A stretch of DNA of 37,405 bases from Candidatus Bathycorpusculum fermentans (GTDB lineage: Archaea > Thermoproteota > Bathyarchaeia > Bathyarchaeales > Bathycorpusculaceae): positions 1 through 37,405 of the forward strand of contig WRGM01000173.1 in the NCBI GenBank assembly GCA_009787175.1, given 5' to 3'. Positions 29,294 through 37,405 of this stretch are shown here, piece after piece (the stretch's first letter is position 1; each line of letters begins with the position of its first letter). The notes below the pieces were generated by a model, which saw only the letters and a list, made by a program, of their open reading frames with translations, ran no database searches and was not told the origin of the DNA. The translations under genes were made by a program, and so were the position numbers.

Positions 29294-29689
29294 ATGTCTA
29301 CTCATAGCAGTTTACGCAAAAGAAAACTAACAGGCGGTAAAAAAAGAGCTTACCGTGCAAAAAAGAAGTATGAATTAGCTGGGTATCCAGCTGAAACAAT
29401 TATAGGGGAACCGAAACGTAAAATCGCTCGGTGTATAGGCGGTAATATAAGAGTTAAGGCGCTAACAGAAAAGTTTGCCTCTGTAACTGATCAGAGAACT
29501 GGTCAAACGCAGAAAGTAGGGATTACACGTGTAATTCGGAACGGCGCTAATGTTGACTATAACCGTAGGGGTGTTATAACTAAGGGTACAGAGATTGACA
29601 CAACTCTTGGTCATGCAAAAGTAACTAGCCGTCCAGGTGCAGATGGAATTATAAACGCTGTTCTGATTGCTGGTAAAGAGAAACAATAA
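29294..29689 (+). CDS. rps8e: 30S ribosomal protein S8e
   Basis: KRKLTGG, KKKYELAG.P, RRGVITKG..I.T.LG.A.VTSRPG.DG.INAVL; own TTTATA at about 29240. Confidence 0.97.
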   Translation: MSTHSSLRKRKLTGGKKRAYRAKKKYELAGYPAETIIGEPKRKIARCIGGNIRVKALTEKFASVTDQRTGQTQKVGITRVIRNGANVDYNRRGVITKGTEIDTTLGHAKVTSRPGADGIINAVLIAGKEKQ

Positions 29690-29706
29690 AAAATAATATT
29701 TTTTAT

Positions 29707-30036
29707 TTATTTTTTATAATTGCGTGTTTGTTTTTGTAGTTCTGCTTGTTGTTGGAGTTTTATTTTTGCGAGATGAGCGGCGATTTTTAGTATTATTTGT
29801 TCTTTTGGCTCGTTTTTTTCTACTGTGAGCATGCCCATTTTTAGCCAGGGTGTTTTAGGGTAACCAGCGGTTGGGTTTATGCTATTTTGTAGTCCAAGTT
29901 TGTCAGTAGCTTCTTTAATTTCTAAAATTTTTGGATTAGCGACTGCTAAATTTTTAGGAACTCTTCTGCCTTCGCTTTTGCTTTTTGCAATATCAAAGTA
30001 AACGGACCAAATTATTGCATTGTCAGATTTTCGCAT
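29707..30036 (-). CDS. srp19: signal recognition particle protein SRP19
   Basis: IIWSVYFD..KS.SEGRRVPK.LAV.NP, YPK.PW...G motifs. Confidence 0.95.
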   Translation of the reverse strand: MRKSDNAIIWSVYFDIAKSKSEGRRVPKNLAVANPKILEIKEATDKLGLQNSINPTAGYPKTPWLKMGMLTVEKNEPKEQIILKIAAHLAKIKLQQQAELQKQTRNYKK

Positions 30037-30057
30037 TTTATCCTCTCCTTACTTAGA

Positions 30058-31839
30058 TTATTTATGTGCGTAATAAGTGACCAAGTTTTGGTTAACTTTA
30101 TCTACGCGTGTGAATCCGAATCGTTCAAATTGTATAATTGTGTCGGGTTTTAATTTTTTGCTTTCATTTTCAGCGAATCCTATCACTGTTTGTGCGGTTT
30201 GTAAGATAATTTCGCAGGGGAATTCTGTTCCTTTTGGAATCCAGTGGATGAGTTGTGCCTTGATTTTTCGTACATCCTCATATGCTTCGCTTGAGTATTT
30301 AGCTTCAATAGTTAAAAGTTTAGTGTCAATAGCGTCGATTGTTGCTTGTTTGTCTATTTTTGTAATTTCTATGTTGAAAAGTTCCATAAGTCGAACTATT
30401 TTGCCCTGCTCCATATTCATTGCGTCTTTTTTGGATACCCAAAAACTTGCGGCGTTGTCTTTATCTGATGTTATGGTGTATTCTCGATAGCCGTTTTCAG
30501 GTTTTTCAGGGTGTAGTGGCAGTTTTGAAATGAATACTTTAGGTATATTGTTGATTTTAAGTTCAACAGGTTCAGATACAAAAAAGTATCTATTACTTGT
30601 AGCATCTAGGATTTTGCGGTTATAAGAGTATAAGGTCTCCCAACTTAGAGTGACATCATTAGCTTTTATGCCTACGTCAATGATCATTTTTTTAATAGCC
30701 TCAGGAGTAAAGCCGCGTTTACGTAGAGCAGCAAAGGTGCCAAGACGGGGGTCATCAAAGCCGGTATATGCTCCATCTTTAATTCCTGCCATAATTTTAG
30801 ATTTACTCAAAAATGCATCTGTAATTTTGAGTCTGCCGTAATGTATAGCTTCAGGGTATTCCCAGCCAAGAGCTTTATACATATATTTTTGGCGTACCAT
30901 GTTAGTATAATGCTCTTTACCTCGAATAATATGTGTCATACCCAATAAATGATCATCTATACCTGCCGCCAAATTATAAAGTGGCCAGAGATTGTATTTG
31001 TCACCTACGCGTGGATGGGGATATTTTTTAGTATCAACAATGCGTAGAGCGGGCCAGTCTCGTACTGCAGGATTAGGATGATCAAGCTCTGTTTTTACAC
31101 GTACAACCGCTTGTCCTTCCTTATAGCCACCATTTAACATTTTACGCCAACGGTTAAGCTGCTCTTTGGAAGATAAGTCACGACATGGGCAAGCCTGACT
31201 GGATAGGGCTATTTTGTAGAAAACTTCTTGCTTACATTCACAAACATAGGCAGCATTTACTTCGATTAGTTTTTCTACATACTCATAATATATGGGTAAT
31301 CTATCACTTTGGATATATTCCTCATCAACCTGTACACCTAACCATTTGAGATCTTGACGTATGTTATCATAGAATTCTAAGGCAGGTTTTTTGATTTTAG
31401 GATCAGTGTCTTCAAAACGAAGAATAAATTTACCATTATACATGCGCGCATATTCATGGCTAAGTATAATTGCGCGTGCACTGCCGAGATGTAATACACA
31501 GTCAGGGTTAGGTGAGAATCGGGTGATAATTTGTCCAAACTTGTCTGCGTTAGGCAACGCGGGGAGCTTTTTTTTCTCAGGTTTTTCTTTCTTCTGAGTT
31601 TCAGGCCAATTTTGTTCCACAATAGTCCTCTGTTCAGCTAGAGAATAACCATTAATCTCATCGACTATACTATTAATTACAACAGAGAGCTCCTTAACAC
31701 ATGAGCGAAGATCCTGTCTTTCCCCAAGAACTTTTCCAATCATTGCACCTGCCTGCGCCTTTCCATCATGTGAAATAGCATTAAGCAACGCGGCTTTGTG
31801 TATTAACTCTCTAAGATTTTTATCCTGTTCAAGCGCCAA
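30058..31839 (-). CDS. gltX: glutamyl-tRNA synthetase, archaeal type
   Basis: NA..HDGKA N-domain, RFSPNP..LHLGS, LRFEDTDP, THIIRGKEH, LSKS, DDPRL.T, QFERFGF. Confidence 0.97.
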   Translation of the reverse strand: MALEQDKNLRELIHKAALLNAISHDGKAQAGAMIGKVLGERQDLRSCVKELSVVINSIVDEINGYSLAEQRTIVEQNWPETQKKEKPEKKKLPALPNADKFGQIITRFSPNPDCVLHLGSARAIILSHEYARMYNGKFILRFEDTDPKIKKPALEFYDNIRQDLKWLGVQVDEEYIQSDRLPIYYEYVEKLIEVNAAYVCECKQEVFYKIALSSQACPCRDLSSKEQLNRWRKMLNGGYKEGQAVVRVKTELDHPNPAVRDWPALRIVDTKKYPHPRVGDKYNLWPLYNLAAGIDDHLLGMTHIIRGKEHYTNMVRQKYMYKALGWEYPEAIHYGRLKITDAFLSKSKIMAGIKDGAYTGFDDPRLGTFAALRKRGFTPEAIKKMIIDVGIKANDVTLSWETLYSYNRKILDATSNRYFFVSEPVELKINNIPKVFISKLPLHPEKPENGYREYTITSDKDNAASFWVSKKDAMNMEQGKIVRLMELFNIEITKIDKQATIDAIDTKLLTIEAKYSSEAYEDVRKIKAQLIHWIPKGTEFPCEIILQTAQTVIGFAENESKKLKPDTIIQFERFGFTRVDKVNQNLVTYYAHK

Positions 31840-31860
31840 ATCGTTTCACTCACTGAAATA

Positions 31861-32931
31861 TTACATATTGCGTTTAATCAAGAATTCGGAGAACGCTTTC
31901 AATTTTTCCTTAGCCTCAAGCGTAGGCAATAAACGCTCTACCGCATTCCAACTATCAACTACAATTTTTTCTGCAATCTGCCTAGTATGCTCAATAGCAT
32001 GATACTTTTGCATAATAGCAATCGCCTCATCACGAAGCCCCTGATCATTAGTATGCATGTTAAGAATATCAATAAGACGACTTTTATCCACCTCATCCGC
32101 CGCCTTGAGGGTATATATGACCATTAAAGTCCGTTTACCTTCAGTAATATCCTGACCAACGCCACCCTTATTTTTAGCAAACTCTTGCCCAGTTAAATCT
32201 AAAATATCATCCTGCATCTGAAAAGCAACACCTATACTCTCAGCAAATCTACCAAGTTTATCAACAAGAGTTTTTTCTGCACCTGAATAAACAGCCGCCA
32301 TTTTCGCGGCCATACGCGCCAATGTACCAGTTTTATAAGCACACATTTGCAAGTAATCATCTTCAGTAATCAAGTTAGCATTAGCTAAGCCGCGATGCCA
32401 GGCAATATCCATAGCTTGCCCAAGACTTAAATTAATCATTTCTTGCACATAAATCTCATAAATACCACAGAGCACATCTGCGGGCAGATTAACTCTTTTT
32501 GTCATTAACGCCAATAGAGGCATATAATACATGGCATTGCCAACGTTAATAGAAATGTCTAATCCGTACAATTTGTAGGTACAGGGTTTCCCACGCCGCA
32601 ATTCAGATGAATCTTCAATATCATCTATAACAAGAGTACCGTTATGAACAACTTCAGGAATAACTGCCAAATCAGCACAATAACCATCTTTCTTACCTAA
32701 AGCTTCACATATTAACAAAAACAATGCAGGACGCCAACGTTTCCCGCCTCTATCCAGCATATCCCAAGTTGGATCAGCTATAGCCCTATCTACGGTTTCC
32801 AAGTTATAGCTATAAACGGGCGGAATAACTTGAAAAAGCAAAGAAGTCTTAGCAAATTTCCGAGGGATATACGCTTTAATAGCTTTATCAATTAATGGCG
32901 CTTTTTCTTCAAGAAACTTTTCAATATTCAA
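31861..32931 (-). CDS. idsA: geranylgeranyl diphosphate synthase (polyprenyl synthetase)
   Basis: GGKRWRP, DDIED...RRG, GQAMD, KT, FQMQDDILD, DITEGK. Confidence 0.92.
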   Translation of the reverse strand: MNIEKFLEEKAPLIDKAIKAYIPRKFAKTSLLFQVIPPVYSYNLETVDRAIADPTWDMLDRGGKRWRPALFLLICEALGKKDGYCADLAVIPEVVHNGTLVIDDIEDSSELRRGKPCTYKLYGLDISINVGNAMYYMPLLALMTKRVNLPADVLCGIYEIYVQEMINLSLGQAMDIAWHRGLANANLITEDDYLQMCAYKTGTLARMAAKMAAVYSGAEKTLVDKLGRFAESIGVAFQMQDDILDLTGQEFAKNKGGVGQDITEGKRTLMVIYTLKAADEVDKSRLIDILNMHTNDQGLRDEAIAIMQKYHAIEHTRQIAEKIVVDSWNAVERLLPTLEAKEKLKAFSEFLIKRNM

Positions 32932-34022
32932 GAGTAAAATACTCCTCCCCTAAGCGCATACTCTTCAAGATTAAAACCTCTAATTTTTAACCACTCCGCA
33001 ATTTCATTACATATAACCAATGGAACAGAAGCTAAATCCGCAACATTTTTTGCCCCAACAAGAAGTAGAACATTTCGCAGCTCATTTATCAAACCTAAAA
33101 GAAACTCTTCTGTAGCCTCACTAGACTTAACAGCTGTTTCTAATACAGGTTGAATGATACTTGTTAAATTAGCACCTAAAGCCAACGCTTTTGCCATATC
33201 AACACCAGAACGGATCCCACCTGAGGCAATTACAGGCAATTTTACAGACTGCACAACCTCAACAATACTCGCAACCGTTGGAATACCCCAATCCCAAAAA
33301 GCCTCACCTAACACCTTCTCCCCACGATAATACTCCACAGCAGCAAAACTCGTACCACCCACACCACCAACATCAATAGCAGCCACACCAGCATTTTTAA
33401 GCACCTCAGCATCCTCAGCTGAAATACCCGCACCCGTCTCCTTAACAATTACAGGCTTATCCAATTTACTGGCAACCTCACCAATCTTCGCTAAAACACC
33501 CTTAAAACTAGTCTGCCCCTCAGGCTGAACAGCCTCCTGTAGAGCATTAAGATGAATAGCAACAGCATCAGCATCTATCATCTCAACAACCTTCCTAACC
33601 TCCTTTACACCGTAACCATGAACAAGCTGTATACCCCCAATATTAGCAATCAAAAAAGCATCAGGAGCAGCCTTACGAGCAACAGCAAAAGTTCTCTCAA
33701 GAGCACAATTCTCAATCGCCGCTCTCTGACTCCCCAAACCCATGCCTAAACCAAGCTTTTCAACAGCCATAGCAATATTTTGATTAATTGTAACAGCCTC
33801 TTCTGTACCACCCGTCATAGCGCCAACAATTAAAGGTGCAGAAAAAGTTTTTTTCAAAAAAACAGTTGAAAGGCTAATATCCTCTCTATTAACCTCTGGC
33901 AAAGCACGATGAACAAACTTTACGTCCTCAAAACCTGCCGTCACATTCTTAGCTTGCGCTTTCTCTTCGAGGCAAATCCTAATATGCTCAGCTTTTCTCT
34001 GCTCAGTTTTTTCTGCAGACAT
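32928..34022 (-). CDS. fni: type 2 isopentenyl-diphosphate isomerase
   Basis: RKAEHI, AMTGG, GSQR, HLNALQEAVQPEG, KETGAG, GGTSF, ASGGIR. Confidence 0.97.
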   Translation of the reverse strand: MSAEKTEQRKAEHIRICLEEKAQAKNVTAGFEDVKFVHRALPEVNREDISLSTVFLKKTFSAPLIVGAMTGGTEEAVTINQNIAMAVEKLGLGMGLGSQRAAIENCALERTFAVARKAAPDAFLIANIGGIQLVHGYGVKEVRKVVEMIDADAVAIHLNALQEAVQPEGQTSFKGVLAKIGEVASKLDKPVIVKETGAGISAEDAEVLKNAGVAAIDVGGVGGTSFAAVEYYRGEKVLGEAFWDWGIPTVASIVEVVQSVKLPVIASGGIRSGVDMAKALALGANLTSIIQPVLETAVKSSEATEEFLLGLINELRNVLLLVGAKNVADLASVPLVICNEIAEWLKIRGFNLEEYALRGGVFYS

Positions 34023-34024
34023 GT

Positions 34025-34831
34025 TTACGTCTTCTCTATTACAGTGCCTAACACGCTTTTGTCCGTTAAAGCTCTGTATATAGATAAGCCTTTTGTAGCT
34101 CCAGTCACCGTGATAGGTATACCTGCTTCAACTGCTGGGATAAGTTCAGCAATTTTTCCAGCCATACCACCTGTAACGTCAGTTCCAGCTGCTTTTCCAA
34201 GCTTAGGCTGTAACGCTTTAAGCTCTGCTAGGGTTAAATGTTTTATTGGTTGTGCTTCCGGCATCGTTTTTGGATCTGCATCAAAGATGCCGTCAGTGTC
34301 AACGCCTATGATAATTTTTTCAGCATTATATTTTAGTGCAAGATAAGTAACCAGCTGATCGCCGCTTAGAATGGTAAAACCGAGGTTTTCATCCATAACT
34401 GTATCACCATACATTACCGGCGTGAAGGATAGCTTACTCATAGTTTTAAAGACCGTATCGTCAAAATTTTTAATTTTCCTATTTTCTGTTACTATACAAT
34501 TTGACGGCGCAACACTAATAGCTGGAACTTCATGTAAAATTAGAGCATCCATAACTATACCGTTAAGTATAGTCATCATATGATGAGTCTCAGCGCAACC
34601 AAACTTTTGAGTCAAATCCTCCTCCTTATAACCATCTTGAATACCATACTTTGCAGCTGTCGGATGACCAAAACTACCACCGCCATGAACTATAATTAAA
34701 TTATCAAGATCAGCGCGTTTAATCTCCTCAGCCAAACGGTTAATTATCTCATTTCTTGGACTTGCCTCCACAGTTTTATCAGTGATAGCTGAACCACCAA
34801 GTTTCAATATGACAGGTCGTGCATTATTCAT
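34025..34831 (-). CDS. ipk: isopentenyl phosphate kinase
   Basis: LKLGGSAITDK, HGGGSFGH, SGDQ, DVTGGM.GK; co-oriented with fni-idsA. Confidence 0.93.
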   Translation of the reverse strand: MNNARPVILKLGGSAITDKTVEASPRNEIINRLAEEIKRADLDNLIIVHGGGSFGHPTAAKYGIQDGYKEEDLTQKFGCAETHHMMTILNGIVMDALILHEVPAISVAPSNCIVTENRKIKNFDDTVFKTMSKLSFTPVMYGDTVMDENLGFTILSGDQLVTYLALKYNAEKIIIGVDTDGIFDADPKTMPEAQPIKHLTLAELKALQPKLGKAAGTDVTGGMAGKIAELIPAVEAGIPITVTGATKGLSIYRALTDKSVLGTVIEKT

Positions 34832-35156
34832 TTGTAACCACTACAAAGCAATAATAAAACTCAACACACTTAATTAATTTTACAGTACCCAAACACACTA
34901 AACCAACAACCACAACCAACCAAATGATATTGTAAACATGTTTTTTATGAAGAATCTGCTACAATACTAATCACCATGAAAAACAAGCATAAAAATAACG
35001 AGAAAAATTACAGCAAAAGCACAGAGACCACAAACAGCAAAAAAACGTATAGAAAGAGGACATAAACCTAAACTTTTAATTACCCCCCCCCTCCCGCATA
35101 AAAATAGCCAGCAAATAAACATTATAAATTAAAATCTAAAATAAGGAGATATAAAA

Positions 35157-35857
35157 ATGAACAAAACAACAACTGGCTTAACAATAGTAGTAACTGTTTT
35201 AGCAACACTCTTAGTTGTAAGTCTCATAAGTAACATACCCTTACAAACAAATAACGCCTGATAAAGAAATCAAAGAATTAAAAGATGACAAACAAAAACT
35301 ACAAAACACTATTAACGAACTACAAGGCGACAAACAAAAACTACAAGGTACAATCAACAATCTACAAAGCACGCAAACAAATAACGCCAATAAAGAAGAC
35401 GAAAGATTAAAAAACGATAACCAAAAATTACAAAATACAATCAACAACCTACAAGGCGATAACCAAAGATTACAGAACTCAATCAACAACCTACAAGGTA
35501 GCGTCCAAGAACTACAAGACAGCACAAATTTGGCAAAGTCACGAAGTATAGCTAACAGATACAATACCAACCAGCAAGCAAATTCTTACAACAGATAGAC
35601 TGTCAATGGTCAATACGCTGGCTACATTTTTGTGAGAATCGATTTATCAACCACTAACCAAAATTATGTGCAAGTAAGCTACACATCCAATGGTGGCCAA
35701 AGTTCGCGCACAATAACATATAACGAACGCGTAGTCATCAGTTCATCTGGTGGTTGGGCATGCTTCCCTGTACTACCGGGAAACGTTACTGTACATGTAG
35801 GAAACAAATTTAGTCAACGGAGCAACCATGACAGTAACCATAGAGTACTGGTACTAA
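35157..35857 (+). pseudogene. disrupted membrane-anchored coiled-coil protein, not shown as such in the ORF track
   Basis: AAGGAG then ATG 35157 MNKTTTGLTIVVTVLATLLVVSLISN..; +1 insertion creating TGA at 35259; heptad repeats; in-frame TAG at 35596; probable second frameshift near 35806 restoring the ending NLVNGATMTVTIEYWY-stop. Confidence 0.75.
35244..35499 (+). repeat. two-level repeat: about 129-bp duplication, each copy holding two 42-bp (14-aa) units
   Basis: CAAACAAATAACGCC at 35244 and 35374; units D(K/N)Q(K/R)LQ(N/G)(T/S)IN(E/N)LQ(G/S). Confidence 0.85.
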
Positions 35858-35900
35858 CACGTGATACAATATTTTGTAAAACATGATGGAAGAGGGAAAT

Positions 35901-36433
35901 ATGGAAAGTAAAAATAACAATTTAAAATATGTAACTATCATAGTGGTATCGGTAATAATAATTGTTTCTGCCCTTTACGTGACAGACAGGTACCTAACAT
36001 TCTTAGAAAATAGTAACAAAAGCGAGAATAATCCACCTCTAGCTACAACAACAGACATCATTGTTCCACCAACATCAGCAACCACTCCCACACCAACACC
36101 AACAACTACAATCACTCTTGGTTCAAATGCATACAGACAAGGAGATATCGCCATATTTCAATTAACGAGTAATACAGTTCCAACTGGTACAATCAGGGTA
36201 TATAATTCCGGCAAGGTTCTGTTTACCACGATAACCCTTGACAGCAGTAAATGGGTACTCACAAGCGCGGGCGATTATGTTTACGACCAAAGCGGCTGGG
36301 TACGCACTCAGGGATATTAATACAGATAGCTTCAGATGCACGAACAGGCACATGGACATGGGAAACAAACATTACATATGCAAACGGATCACAAACATAT
36401 AATGGCTCATTCACAGTAAACACCAGAGGCTAG
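35901..36433 (+). pseudogene. N-anchored surface protein with Thr/Pro linker and beta-sandwich domain, probably frameshifted near 36295
   Basis: TM helix, PTPTPTTT linker, then domain text continuing in the overlapping frame as ILIQIASDARTGTWTWETNITY..YNGSFTV. Confidence 0.55.
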
Positions 36434-36691
36434 CGCCAACTCTATAGATACATTACACAATAATCACTCGTTAGCAATAGAGAAAGAGACAACTCGTCCA
36501 AGGATAACCATTCCCCCCCCCCACATCAACGTATAGCCATTTGGTATACTGGAGTCCAACAACTAATACAACAACCTATAACGACCGCAACATGACCATA
36601 ATCCATCATCCCAGTACCTTATTCATCAAGATTTACAACGAGCTTTGAGTAGATTTCAGGGATTATTTAGCCCCTCTTTTAGTAGCATTAT

Positions 36692-37323
36692 TAGACTTCT
36701 TGCATGACTGTGGAAAATGAAATTAATGTCTTGTTAGCACTATTTGTATGATGGTGTATAAAGTTTGAAAATATTAAGGCTTATCGTGATGAAGAGTTTC
36801 GTCGGATAACTGGAGCGAAGCGTACAACATTTGAAAAAATGTTAGAAATACTCTCGTGTGCGTTGGTTAAGCGTCTTGCGTTGGGCGATCCAAAGCCCAA
36901 ACTAAGCCTGCAAGATATGCTACTTACATGCCTCGAATATATCCGCGAGTATTGTACGCATGCGCATGTAGCGGCAAGTTATGGTATGAGCGAGAGCCAA
37001 ATTTTTCAGAATCATACGTTGGATTGAGGACACTTTAGTTAAAGATGGAACGTTTTCACTGCCTGATCGTAAGACACTTTTGAAGGTGATATGGAATATG
37101 AAGTGGGGCTCATCGATACTACAGAGTCGCCAGTTGAGCGGCCTAAAAAAAGCAAAAAAAATACTATAGCGGCAAGAAAAAAAGACACACCATAAAAACT
37201 CAGGTGGTTGTAAATAAAGCAGACGGCAAAAATAGTTTGTATGTCTTTTGCTAATGGCAGGTGTCACGATTTTAGATTGTTTAAAGAGTTAAAATTAAAA
37301 GTGGATTCTAAAATTAGGTCATG
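36692..37323 (+). mobile_element. degenerate IS5-family (ISL2-like) element with truncated, frameshifted transposase
   Basis: From 36758: KFENIKAYRDEEFRRITGAKRTTFEKMLEIL..KLSLQDMLL..LEY.REY..A.SYG.SES, then across frames IRWIEDTLVK, IDTTESPVERPKK, YYSGKKKRHTIKTQ, HDFRLFKE; similarity ends before the remaining catalytic residues; candidate left end TAGACTTCTTGCA at 36692. Confidence 0.85.
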
Positions 37324-37405
37324 ATTCAAACTAGTTTATAAGTGGAATGTCGTGTGTTATCTTAGTGGTGATTAGTTGTGGTTAAAATGTCGGTTAGATG
37401 CATAC

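Noticed and set aside
35241-35570. 109-aa Cys/Leu-rich minus-strand ORF
   Set aside because: Antisense shadow of the + strand coiled-coil repeats.
35596-35598. In-frame TAG as pyrrolysine or readthrough
   Set aside because: The gene also has frameshifts, TGG to TAG is a simple explanation, and TAG is a normal stop elsewhere here (mbf1, proS).
37317-37334. Right inverted repeat of the IS5 relic
   Set aside because: Only GTCATG matches the left end, too weak to call.

Overview
Archaeal chromosomal segment, most likely Bathyarchaeia (inferred from archaeal TFE, aMBF1, aTrm56, NAC, thermosome, S8e, SRP19, the ipk-fni-idsA-gltX block, a complete smc-scpA-scpB operon and Bathyarchaeia-style surface proteins). 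Most of the window is intact housekeeping genes. Accessory material sits in three places: an IS5-like transposase tail at the far left, an islet after tRNA-Glu (STAND-type ATPase-wHTH plus two tandem surface-protein paralogs, one frameshifted), and a decayed right end (two broken surface-protein genes and an IS5-family relic). The most unusual signals are (1) an array of four 17-bp near-palindromic units filling the interval from TATA box to ribosome-binding site of the ATPase-wHTH gene, (2) a kb-scale sawtooth G+T/A+C strand skew that ignores gene orientation, (3) an apparent ACG start codon for hflX and (4) a winged-helix-like C-terminal extension on MgtA. All calls come from reading the sequence; no searches were run.
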